A DNA stretch of 64,000 nt from the NCBI RefSeq assembly GCF_036365525.1, contig NC_090399.1:32830430-32894429 (forward strand). The letters are read 5' to 3'. This stretch comes from Heterodontus francisci. Lineage: Eukaryota. This document shows, piece by piece, positions 38,550 through 50,135 of this stretch. A program made the position numbers and the translations under genes. Every line of letters starts with the position of its first letter. Position 1 is the first letter of the stretch. Below the pieces are notes generated by a model that worked only from the letters and a program-made list of their open reading frames with translations, searched no databases and was not told the origin of the DNA.

Positions 38550-41116
38550 GACAAATATTAGAAAAGTCACAGGTTATAAGCAAGTGAGGTGGGGGTGGGG
38601 CAAGAGATAACAAAGGAGAAGGTGTACATTGGACAAGGCCACATAACTGACCAAAAGGTCATGGAGCAAAGGCAAACAATATGTTAATGGTGTGTTGAAA
38701 GACAAAGCATTAGTACAGATTAGGTCTTAACGGACTGAATATTGAACAGCAGCAAGTGCAAACCTGAAAAAAAACAGTGGGTAAGCAAATTGAACAAACT
38801 AAGATGAAATGAAATAAATGCAAAAAAAAGATTGTAAAAAATGTAAAAAAGAAAAAAAGAAAAAATAACTAAAAATGAAAGTAAAATGGGGGGCTGTCAT
38901 GCTCTGAAATTATTGAACTCAATGTTCAGTCCGGCAGGCTGTAGTGTGCCTAATCGGTAGATGAGATGCTGTTCCTCGAGCTTGTGTTGATGTTCACTGG
39001 AACACTGCAGCAATCCCAGGACAGAGATGTGAGCATGAGAGCAGGGGGGAGTGTTGCAATGGCAAGCAACCGGAAGCTCAGGGTCCTGCTTGCGGACTGA
39101 GCGGAGATGTTCCGCAAAGCGGTCACCCAGTCTGCGCTTGGTCTCCCCAATGTGGAGGAGACCACATTGTGAGCAGCGAATGCAGTATACTGAATTGAAA
39201 GAAGTACAAGTAAATCGCTGCTTCACCTGAAAGCAGTGTTTGGGGCCTGGGATAGTGAGGAGAGAGGAGGTAAATGGGCAGGTATTACACCTCCTGTGAT
39301 TGCAGGGGAAGGTGCCATGGGATGGGGACAAGGTGGTGGGGGTAATAGAGGAGTGGACCAGGGTGTCGCAGAGGGAATGATCCCTTCGGAATGCTGACAG
39401 GGGAAGGGAGGGGAAGATGCGTTTGGTAGTGGCATCACGCTGGAGGTGGCGGAAATGGCGGCGGATGATCCTTTGGATATGGAGGCTGATGGGGTGGAAA
39501 ATGAGGTCAAGGGGAACCCTGTCGCGGTTCTGGGAGGGAGGGGAAGGGGTGAGGGTAGAGGTGCGGGAAATGGGCCAGACACGGTTGAGGGCCCTGTCAA
39601 CCACAGTGGGGGGAAATCCTCGGTTGAGGAAAAAGGAGGTCATATCAGAAGCACCGTCATGGAAGGTAGCATCAACAGAGCAGATGCGTTGGAGACAGAG
39701 AAACTGGGAGAATGGAATGGAGTCCTTACAGGAGGTAGGGTGTGAAGAAGTGTAGTCGAGGTAGCTGTGGGAGTCGGTGGGCTTATAATGGATATTAGTA
39801 GACAGCCTATCCCCAGAGATGGAGACAGAGAAGTCGAGGAAGGGAAGGGAAGTGTCAGAGATGGACCATGTAAAGGTGAGAGAAGGGTGGAAATTGGAAG
39901 CAAAGTTGATAAAGTTTTCCAGTTCGGGGCGGGAGCAGGATATGGCACTGATACAGTCATCAATGTACCGGAAAAAGAGTTGGGGGAGGGGGCCTGAGTA
40001 GGAATGGAACAAAGAATGCTCGACATATCCCACAAAAAGACAGGCAAAACTAGGACCCATGCGGGTACCCAAAGCAACAGCTTTTACTTGAAGGAAGTGC
40101 GTGGAGTTGAAGGAGAAGTTGTTCAATGTGAGAACAAGTTCAGCCAGGCGGAGGAGGGTGGTGGTGGATGGGGACTAGTTGGGCCTCTGTTCCAGGCAGA
40201 AGCGGAGAGCCCTCAAACCATCCTGGTGGGGGATGGAGGTGGAGAGTGATTGGACATCCATAGTGAAGAGGAGGCGGTTGGGACTAGGAAACTGGAAATT
40301 GTCAAAATGACGTAGAGTGTCAGAAGAGTCACGGATGTAGGTGGGAAGAGACTGGACCGGGGAAAAAAGATAGAGTCAAGATAGAAAGAAATAAGCAATC
40401 GCAGGAGGTGTAATACCTGCCCATTTACCTCCTCTCTCCTCCCTATCCAAGGTCCCAAACACTCCTTTCAGGTGAAGCAGCGATTTACCGTATTCGCTGC
40501 TCACAATGTGGTCTCCTCTACATTGGGGAGACCAAGCGCAGACTGGGTGACCGCTTTGCGGAACACCTCCGCTCAGTCTGCAAGCAGGACCCTGAGCTTC
40601 CGGTTGCTTGCCATTTCAACACTCCCCCCTGCTCTCATGCTCACATCTCTGTCCTGGGATTGCTGCAGTGTTCCAGTGAACATCAACGCAAGCTCGAGGA
40701 ACAGCATCTCATCTACCGATTAGGCACACTACAGCCTGCCGGACTGAACATTGAGTTCAATAATTTCAGAGCATGACAGCCCCCCATTTTACTTTCATTT
40801 TTAGTTATTTTTTCTTTTTTACATTTTTTACAATCTTTTTTTTGCATTCATTTCATTTCATCTTAGTTTGTTCAGTTTGCTTACCCACTGTTTTTTTTTC
40901 AGGTTTGCACTTGCTGCTGTTCAATATTCAGTCCGTTAACACCTAATCTGTACTCATGCTTTGTCTTTCAACACACCATTAACATATTGTTTGTCTTTGT
41001 TCCATGACCTTTTGGTCAGCTATGTGGCCTTGTCCAATCTACACCTTCTCCTTTGTTATCTCTTGCCCCACCCCCACCTCACTTGCTTATAACCTGTGAC
41101 TTTTCTAATATTTATC

Positions 41117-41153
41117 AGTTCCGAAGAAGGGTCACTGACCCGAAACGTTAACT
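41117..41153 (+). ncRNA. Minimal type I hammerhead ribozyme motif (PLE-associated)
   Basis: AGTT-CCGAAGA-A-GGGTC/ACT/GACCC-GAAA-CGTT-AACT: helix I 4 bp, helix II 5 bp, palindromic ACGT helix III. Confidence 0.7.
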
Positions 41154-41944
41154 CTGCTTCTCTTTCCACAGATGCTGCCAGACCTGCTGAGTGGTTCCAG
41201 CATTTCTTGTTTTTATTTCAGATTTCCAGCCTCTGCAGTATTTTGCTTTTATTTAAGTGCCAGACTGGGTACTGGGACATTAACCCTTGGTTAGTGAGTA
41301 ATGGATTGTGGAGAAGGACTGTGCCAGACTGAGCATTGGGGCACTAACCCTCGGTCTGTGAGTGATGGATTTTGAGAGGGACAGTGCCAGACTGGGTACT
41401 GGGACATTAACCCTCAGTTAGTGAGTAATGGGTGCGAGAGGGACAGTGCCATATGTATGTAACTTCCAGTACGTGCAAATTCACCAAACTTCAAGCCCTA
41501 CTGGCAATCTTAAATTGGTTATCAGTGTAATTCTTAGCACACTGTGGATTATTTAGCAAATGTTGTCCAATCGCAAATGTTGTTAATACAAAGGGCCCTG
41601 TTCTTTGCAGACAGAATATGTACAAACATTGTGCCTATTTCAGCTGAACAAAATAAGTGACAGCTGTTCGCTGGTTCATTACTCAGGGCAATGCCTTGAC
41701 CAATCAGAATCAAGCTGCCTTGTTTAAATTTTAAACAAAGCTTGGCAGTTAACTGTCAGTCACCTTGAATTGGTGCATTTGCCATGGCAACGCCTCCACC
41801 AATCAGAGTTCACTTGCTAACCAATCAGCACTCTCCTCATGCAGTATAAGTTGTTGTTCTCCCTTACATTGGATATACTTGCAACTGTCCTGATGAGTGC
41901 AAGACAAAAAGCTCCAACAGCATTTCTCTATTTTCAGCAATGCT

Positions 41945-42740
41945 CGAATCAGGATTAATTGAAGACCTCATAGTGAAGGCGTCCCTCGGTAGCAGCGATC
42001 ATAATATGACTGCATTTTGCATTCAATTTTAGGGAGAGAAGCATGGGTCCAAGACTAGTTTTTAACTGTAAAAAAGGCAATTATGAGGCATGAAAGCAGA
42101 GGTAGCTTAAGTGAACTGACAAATTAAGTTAAGGGATAGGTCAATAGGGATGCAGTGGCAGACATTTAAGGGGATATTTAAGAATACACAGAATAGATAC
42201 ATTCCAACGAGAAATAAAAATTCCAAGAAGAGGACCCACTATCCGTGGTTAACTAAAAACATTAAAAATAGTATCAAACTTAAAGAAAAAGCATATAATT
42301 GTGCAAAGATGGGTAACAGGTCAGAAGATTGGATGGAATATAAAATAACAGAAAAGAATGACGAAAAGATTGATAAGAAGGGAAAAGTTAGTGTGTGAGA
42401 GAAAGCTAGCTAGAAATAGAAAAACAGAGTTAGAGTTTGTATACATAGTTTAAAAAGAAGAGTTAGCAAAGTGAGCATTGGTCCTATGAATATGAGTCTG
42501 TGGAATTAATAAGGGAAAAATAAGGAAATGGCAGATGAATTGAACAGGTATTTCGCATCAGTCTTTAATACAGAAGATACAAGTAACATCCCAGTATTAG
42601 CTGTAAATCAGGAAATGGAAGGGAGGGGGGAACTCGAAAAAAAATTACAATTACCAGGAAGTGGTACTGAGTAAATTGTTGAAGCTGCGGGCTGATACGT
42701 CCCTGGGTCTTGATGGACTTCATTCTAGGGTCTTAGGTAG
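41945..42740 (+). mobile_element. Degenerate CR1 LINE internal fragment
   Basis: QWQTFK..YIP..PWLT linker; LNRYFASVF-like and SPG-like segments. Confidence 0.7.
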
Positions 42741-43565
42741 TTGATGCATTGATGTCTCTCTCTGTGCGTGGGATTGTTGTTCTGGGGTTCATGCCCTGTT
42801 TGTATCTGTGTGTGTATGCCTGCTTGCTTGCTGTTTTGAGGTCCTTTCCCTAATGTCTCGCTGTCTCCCTGTGTGGGGTTGGGGTCTGTGCTTTGGGGTC
42901 CATGCCCTGATATCCCTTATGTGTGGGATTAGTGTTTTGGGGTTTATACCCTGATGTCTCTCTCCATTTGAGGTTGGTGTTTGGGGTTTATACCCTGATG
43001 TCTCTCTCCATTTCGAAATGGTGTTTTGGGGTTTATACCCTGATGTCTCTCTCCATTTCGAAATGGTGTTTTGGGGTTTATGCCTTGATGTCTCTCTGCG
43101 TGGGGTTGGTGTTTTGGGGTTTATGCCTTGATGTCTCTCTGCGTGGGGTTGGTGTTTTGGGGTTCATGCCTTGATGTCTCTCTGTGTGGGGTTGTTGTTT
43201 TGGGGTTCATGCCTTGATGTCTCTCTGTGTGGGGTTGTTGTTTTGGGGTTCATGCCTTGATGTGTCTCTGTGTGGGGTTGTTGTTTTGGGGTTCATGCCT
43301 TGATGTCTCTCTGTGTGGGGTTGTTGTTTTGGGGTTCATGCCTTGATGTGTCTCTGTGTGGGGTTGTTGTTTTGGGGTTCATGCCTTGATGTCTCTCTGT
43401 GTGGGGTTGTTGTTTTGGGGTTCATGCCTTGATGTCTCTCTGTGTGGGGTTGTTGTTTTGGAGTTCATGCCTTGATGTCTCTCTGTGTGGGGTTGTTGTC
43501 TTGGGGTTCATGCCTTGATGTGTCTCTCTCTGTGGGTTTGTTGTTTTGGGGTTCATGCCCTGATA
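42740..43565. repeat. 43-bp GT-rich minisatellite (continues 48247-49060)
   Basis: Unit gatgtctctctgtgtggggttgttgttttggggttcatgcctt (e.g. 43173, 43216). Confidence 0.92.
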
Positions 43566-46500
43566 TAGTGTCATAGACTTATACAGCACAGAAACAGGCC
43601 CTTTGGCCCCTCGTGTCTGTGCTGGCCATCAAGCACCTAACTATTTTAATCCCATTTTCCAGCACATGGCCCGTAACCTTGTATGCTATGGTGGCATTTC
43701 AAGTGCTCATCTAAATACTTCTTAAATGTTATGAGGGTCCCTGCCTCTACCCACTCTTCAGGCAGTGTGTTTCAGATTCCAACCAACCTCTGGGTGAAAA
43801 AAAAACCTCAAATCCCCTCTAAACCTCCTGCCCCTTACCTTAAATCTATGCCCCCTGGTTATTGACCCCTCTGCTAAGGGAAAAAAGTTTCTTCCTATCT
43901 AATCTATCAATGCCCCTCATAATTTGGTATACTTCCATCAAATCCCTCCTCAGCCTTCTCTGCTCGAAGGAAAACAACCCTAACCTTTTCAGTCTCTCTT
44001 CATTGCTGATATGCTCCAGCCCAGGCAACATCCTGGTGAATCTCCTCTGCACCCTCTCCAGTGAAATCACATCCTTCCTATAGTGTGATGACCAGAACTG
44101 TACACAGTACTCCAGCTGTGGTGGAACTAGCGTTTTATACAGCTCCATCACAATCTTCCTGTTCTTATATTCTATGCCTCGACTAATAAAGGCAAGTATC
44201 CCATATGCCTTCCGAACCACCTTATCTACCTGTGCTGCTACCTTCAGTGATCTATGGACAAATACACCAAGGTCCCTCTGACCTTCTGTACTTCCTAGGG
44301 TCCTACCATCCATTGTATATTCCATTCCCGTGTTAGTCCTCTTAAAATGCATCACCTCACACTTCTCAAGATTAAATTCCATTTGCCACTGCTCCGCCCA
44401 TCTTACCAGCCCATCTATATCGTCCTGTACTCTAAGGCTTTCCTCCGCACTATTTACGACACCTCCAATTTTCATGTCATCTGCGAACTTACTTGTCATA
44501 CCTCCTAGGTTCACGTCTAAATCATTAATGTACACTACAAACAGAAAGAGTCCCAGCACCAATCCCTGCAGTACACCACTGGTCACAGGCTTCCACTCAC
44601 AAAAACAACCCTCAACCATCACCCTCTGCCTCCTGCCACTAAGCCAATTTTGGATCCAATTTGCCAAATTGCCCTGGATCCCATGGGCTCTTACCTTCTT
44701 AACCAATCTCCCATGCAGGACCTTATCAATAACCTTACTGAAGTCCATGTAGATTGCAACAGCTGCTTTACCCTCATCTACACATCTAGTCACCTCCTCG
44801 AAAAATTCAATCAAGTCAGTTAGACACAATCACCCCCCGACAAAGCCATGATGACTATTCCTGAATAATCCTTGCCTCTCCAAGTGGAGATTAATCCTGT
44901 CCCTCAGAATCTTTTCCAATAGTTTCCCAACCACTGATGTTAGACTCACCGGTCTGTAATTACCTGGTTTATCCCTGCTACCCTTCTTGAATAATGGTAC
45001 CACATTCGTTGTCCTCCAGTTCTCTGGTACCTCTCCTGTGGCTAGAGAGGATTTGAAAATTTGTGTCAGAGCCCCTGCTATTTTCTCCCTTGCCTCACAT
45101 AACAACATCCTGGGATAAATCTCATCTGGGCCTGGGGACTTATCCTCTTTGAAGCCCGCTAAAACAGCTAATATTTCCTCCCTTTCAATGCTAATATGTT
45201 CAAGTATATCACAATCCCCCTCCCTGATCTCTGCACCTACATCGTCCTTCTCCATAGTGAACACAGATGAAAAGTAATCATTTAGAACTTCACCTCTGTC
45301 CTCCGGCTCCTCACACAGATTGCCACTTGGGTCCCTAATGGACCCTACTCTTTTCTTTGTTATCCTCTTGCCCTTAATATACTTATAAAACGCCTTAGGA
45401 TTTTCCTTTATCTTGCCCGCCAATGTTTTTTCATGTCCCCTCTTTGCTCTCCTAATTACTTTTTTAAGTACCCCCCCCCACTACATTTTCTATACTTCTC
45501 TTGTGCCCCCACTGTTTTCAGCGCTCTGAATCTGCCATAAGCTTCCTTTTTTTTCCTTATCCAATCCTCTGTATCCCTTGACATCCAGGGTTCCCTGGAC
45601 ATGTTTGTCTTACCCTTCACCTTAATGGGTACATGTTGGCTCTGAACTCTCACTATTTCCTCTTTGAATGACTCCCACTGGTCTGATGTGGATTTTCCTA
45701 CAAGTAGCTGCTCCCAGTCCACTTTGGCCAGATCCTATTGAAATCGGCCTTCGCCCAATTCAGTACTTTTATTTCCAGTCCATCTTTGACCTTTTCCATA
45801 ACTACCTTAAATCTTACAGAGTTCTGGTCACTATCTCCGTAATGCTTCGTCACTGACACTTCTACCACTTGTACGGCTTCTTTCCCTAGTATTAGGTCAA
45901 GTACTGCCCCTTCTCTTGTAGGATATTCTACATACTGGCTCAGAAAGCTTTCTTGTATGCATTTTAAGAATTTTGCCCCCTTTACGCCTTTTGCAATAAG
46001 ACTCTATTCTTTGGCCTCCTTATCTCGAGAGACAATGGATAAGCGCCATTTGTTTGTCGGGGCTGTTACACAGTTGGCTCTCTCCTTGCGCCTCTGTCTT
46101 TTTTCCTGCCAACTATTAAGTCTCTTCGACTCGCCACACTTTAGCCCTGTCTTTATGGCTGCCCGCCAGCTCTGGCGAACGCTGGCAACTGACTCCCACG
46201 ACTTGTGATCAATGTCACAGGATTTCATGTCGCGTTTGCAGACGTCTTTATAGCGGAGACATGGACGGCCGGTAGGTCTGATACCAGTGGCGAGCTCGCT
46301 GTACAATGTGTCTTTGGGGGTCCTGCCAACTTCCATGCGGCTCACATGACCAAGCCATCTCAAGCGCCGCTGACTCAGTAGTGTGGATAAGCTGTTGACT
46401 CAGTAGTGTGTATATGCCTCCTCGAGGACTTGTGTGTTGGAGATACGGTCCTGCCACCTGATGCCAAGTCACACTAAGACTATCCCAGTTGATATTGGGG

Positions 46501-48246
46501 AAGTTGAAATCCCCTACTATTATTACCCTATTATTTTTACACCTCTCAGAGATTTGCCAACATATCTGCTCCTCCATCTCTCCCTGACTGTTTGGATGCC
46601 TGCAGTACACTCCCAGCCAAGTGATTGCCCCCTTTTTGTTTTTAAGTTCTACCCATATGGTCTCATTTGAGGAACCTTCTAAGATATCATCCCTCTTTAC
46701 TGCAGTAATTGACTCTGTGATCAACAGTGCAATGCCACCTCCTCTTTTATCCCCTCCCCTGTCACGCCTATGGATTCTGTACCCTGGAATATTGAGCTGC
46801 CAGTCCTGCCCCAGCTCAACCATGTCGCTGTGGTAGCAACAATATCATAATCTCCCAGCAAGGTTGTTGGTCCTGTCCAGCTTGTACAGGTCCCACCTTC
46901 GCCAGAAACAGACCCAATGATCCAGGAAACTGAAGCCTCCCTCCCTCCCTCCTGCACCATCTCCTCAGCCACACATTCATCTTCTCTATCCTCCCATTCC
47001 TATACTCACTAGCATGTGTCACCACGAGTAATCCATAGATTACAACCTTTGAGGTCTTGCTTTTTAATCTGCTACCTAGCTCCCTAAATTCTTGTTGCAG
47101 GACCTCATCCCTCTTTTTACCTATGTCATTGGTACCAATGTGTACTACGATCTCTGACTGTTCACCCTCCCCCTTCAGAATGTCCTGCAGCCGCTCTGTG
47201 ACATCCTTGACCCTAGCACCAGGGAGGCATCATACCATCCTGCAGTCATGTTTGCGGCCACAGAAACACCTATCTGTACCCCTGACAATAGAATCCCCTA
47301 TCACGATGGCTCTTCCACTCCTTTTCCTCCCCTGCTGTGCAGCTGAGCCACTCATGGTGCCACACACTTGGCTCTTGCTGCATTCCCTTGAGAAGCTAGC
47401 TTCCCCAACAGTACCCAAAGTGGAAAATCTGTTGGAAGGGAGATGGGCCCAGGGGACTCCTGCACTACCTGCCTAGTTCTTTTACTCTGCCTGGCGGTCA
47501 CCCATTCCCTTTCTGATTGAGCAATCTTTACCTGAGGTGTGACCACCTCCCTGTATGTGCTATCCACGATGATCTCAGCTTCGCGGATGCTCCACAGTGT
47601 CTCCACCCGCCGCTCCAGATCCGAAACACGGATTTCGAGTAGCTCCAACTGGAGACACCTGCTACACAAGTGTTCGCCCTGGACACTGGAGTGTCCTGAC
47701 TTGCCACATTGCACAGGAGGAGCACTCCACTTTGCTGAGCTGCCCTGCCATGACTTGCCCTTAATTTATCCCCTTAAATTACCCAAAATTAGAGATTATT
47801 TACAGTAGGGACCTTGATTCTCCAAAAAAAGAACTACTTAATATATTTTTAAAAACGTAAACCTTTCCCTTTACTTTTAGTTACTTACCCAGCTATTTAG
47901 AGTTATTCCCAAACAGCAGTTAATCACCAACCAATCACCTTGCAGCTTTCCTGTGATGTCACTGCTCACTTTGTTTTCAAACTCCGGCGCGTCTGGACTC
48001 TCGGCATTCTCCCCACAGGTCCGCTCCTCTCCGCTTCGCTCCCAGAAGACAAGTCACTGCGCCTCCATCCTCGGGCTCAATTTATTGGCTCTGCTCTTGG
48101 TGTTCTCCCCACAGGTCCGCTCCTTTCCACTCCGTTCCCAGAAGGTAAGTCACTGTGCCTCGATCCTTGGGCTCAATTTATCGGCTCCGCTGTCTGCATT
48201 CTCACCACAGGTCCACTCCTCTCCGCTATGTTCCTGGTAGGTAAGT
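43566..48246 (-). mobile_element. Near full-length CR1 LINE (ORF1 zinc-finger/esterase-like plus ORF2 EN-RT) with 96-bp 5' tandem repeats
   Basis: ORF1 HLCSRCLQL..AIVIGDSIVRG; ORF2 VIIVGDFNFP, KSPGPDEIYP, FADD; splits the 43-bp array. Confidence 0.9.
46004..46468 (-). mobile_element. RTE 3' fragment nested in CR1
   Basis: RWLGHVSRME..PKDTLYSEL plus RTE tail. Confidence 0.88.
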
Positions 48247-49060
48247 GTCTCTCTGTGTGGGGTTGGTGTGTTGGGGTTTGTGCACTGACATTTCGCTGTG
48301 TGGGGTTGGTGTTTTGGGGTTCATGCCCTGATGTCTCTCTCTGTGTGGGATTGGTGTTTTGGGATTTGTGTACTGACATTTCACTGTGTGGGGTTGGTGT
48401 TTTCTGGTTTGTGCACTGATGTCTCACCTAGCAAGGTTCATGGTTTGGGGTTCAAGCCACGATGTGTCTGTCCGTGTGGTGTTGGTGTTTTGGGTTCATG
48501 CCCTGATGTCTCTCTGTGTGGGGTTGGTGTTTTGGGATTTGTGTACTGACATTTCACTGTGTGGGGTTGGTGTTTTCTGGTTTGTGCACTGACATTTCAC
48601 TGTGTGGGGTTGGTGTTTTCTGGTTTGTGCACTGACATTTCACTGTGTGGGGTTGGTGTTTTGGGGTTCATGTCCAGTTGTCTCTCTCTGTATGGCATTG
48701 GTACTTCGGGGTTCAGGCCCTGATGTCTCTCTGTGTGGGGTTTCTTTGGGGTTTCATATCCTGATGTCTCTGTGTGTGTGGGTTTGTTGTTTTGGGGTTC
48801 ATGTCCTGATGTCTCTCTGTGTGGGGCTGGTATATTGGGGTTCATTCCCTGATGACTCACTCTGTTTCTCTGTGGGATTTTCTTTTGGAGTTCATGCCCT
48901 GATGTGTATTTCTGTGTGGGTTTGGTTTTTGGTGTTCATTCCCTGCTGGCTCCCATCTCTCTCTCTCTGTGGGATTGCTGTTTCGGGGTTCATGCCTGAT
49001 GTGTGTCTCGCTGTGGGATTGGTGTTTTGGGGTTCATACCCTGATATGTCTCTCTCTCTC
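48247..49060. repeat. 43-bp GT-rich minisatellite, distal part, abutting the alpha1 acceptor
   Basis: Degenerate copies of the 42740 unit; the last copy runs into the polypyrimidine tract. Confidence 0.88.
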
Positions 49061-49070
49061 TCTGTTTAAG

Positions 49071-49331
49071 GCTCTCACTCTCTCCGGTATTTCCTCACCT
49101 CCATGACTCCGATTCCCGGTTTGCCAGAGTTTGTGGTTGTTGGTTATGTTGACGAGGTCCTGTTTGTTATGTACAACAGTGAGCAGAAGGAGCTGATTCC
49201 CCGGGAGCAGTGGATGGTGGAGAGTGAGGGGCCCGAGGCCTGGGCACGGAAGACTTTCCTGGCACAGGAGCAGGCGGTGGATTTGAAAGCCTGTAATCAG
49301 ATCCTCATGTCCAGAACCAACCAGTCAGGTG
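49071..49331 (+). CDS. MHC class I heavy chain, exon 2 (alpha1 domain)
   Basis: Acceptor ...ctgtttaag|, donor G|GTGAGT. Translates (G)SHSLRYFLTSMTPIPGLPEFVVVGYVDEVLFVMYNSEQKELIPREQWMVESEGPEAWARKTFLAQEQAVDLKACNQILMSRTNQSG, with class I motifs GSHSLRYF, GYVD and the N86 glycan site NQS. Confidence 0.95.
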
Positions 49332-49479
49332 GTGAGTCCTTGCCTTCACACTTCACTTTACCTCTTTTTGTGGGTTACAGGTTCCAGGTGGGAATGGGGA
49401 GAAGCCGGCAGTAGAGCAGGATTTGGAAGGCAGGGTCCCAAAGATAAAGAACTCCCCAGGGCAGTTACCAATGGGATAA

Positions 49480-49755
49480 TCATTCCATTAAATACACTTC
49501 AGTTTCTGGGCATCCTTCAAATACACAAAGCAGGGTCCAGGATTGGGAAAATGTTCCTTTAAAAGCACAGAATAGTGTCGGGGCAGTGAGGGAAGTGTTC
49601 CTTTAAATACACGGAACAGGGTTCAGGAATTGAGGAGTGTTCCTTTAAATACCCAGAACAGTGTCCGGGGGTGGAGTGAGTGTTCTTTAAATAACAGAAC
49701 AGTGTCTGGGGATGGGGGGGATGTTCCTTTAAATGCACAGAACAAGGTCCAGGTG
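49480..49755. repeat. ~41-bp tandem repeat (gtgttcctttaaatacacagaacag...) near the start of intron 2; resumes ~53365-53425
   Basis: Recurrent tgttcctttaaa core, 6-7 copies. Confidence 0.75.
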
Positions 49756-50135
49756 AAGTGATTTATGACCTTAACCTCCTATGGGGGTTAAACCAAATAA
49801 GAGTACTCCCCTGCCAAGCCCTTTCACTTCAGTTTAAACCAGCCAGATCTTACAGATACTAGTTTTGGGCCTGAAGAACGAGTCTAGCTGTCGTTCAAAA
49901 AAAAAATCAGCAGAGAATATTACCATCTTTTGGATAACCTATTTTTTTGATAAGTATCAGCTAGGTCATAAAATATCCCAGATATTATAAGGGTCTGGTG
50001 GACTCTCTTCAATCATGTATCTCCCCACTTAAGGAGATACAGAGAGGGGTTCTTGTCGTTGTATACAGAATACTACATGAGACAATTTACTAACTTATTT
50101 ATAAATTTATTAAAGAATTGAACATGCAATACACT

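Larger units (their letters stand above)
38450..41255. mobile_element. Penelope-like element (Neptune-type Cys linker) in inverted, tail-out configuration
   Basis: Minus ORF 40126-38897: GTRMGPS, RYIDD (RT), CNHRRCNTC, VYCIRC..HIGET (GIY-YIG). Plus arm 40396-41255 repeats the 3' end. 14-bp TSD AGTGCCAGACTGGG at 38436 and 41256. Confidence 0.92.
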
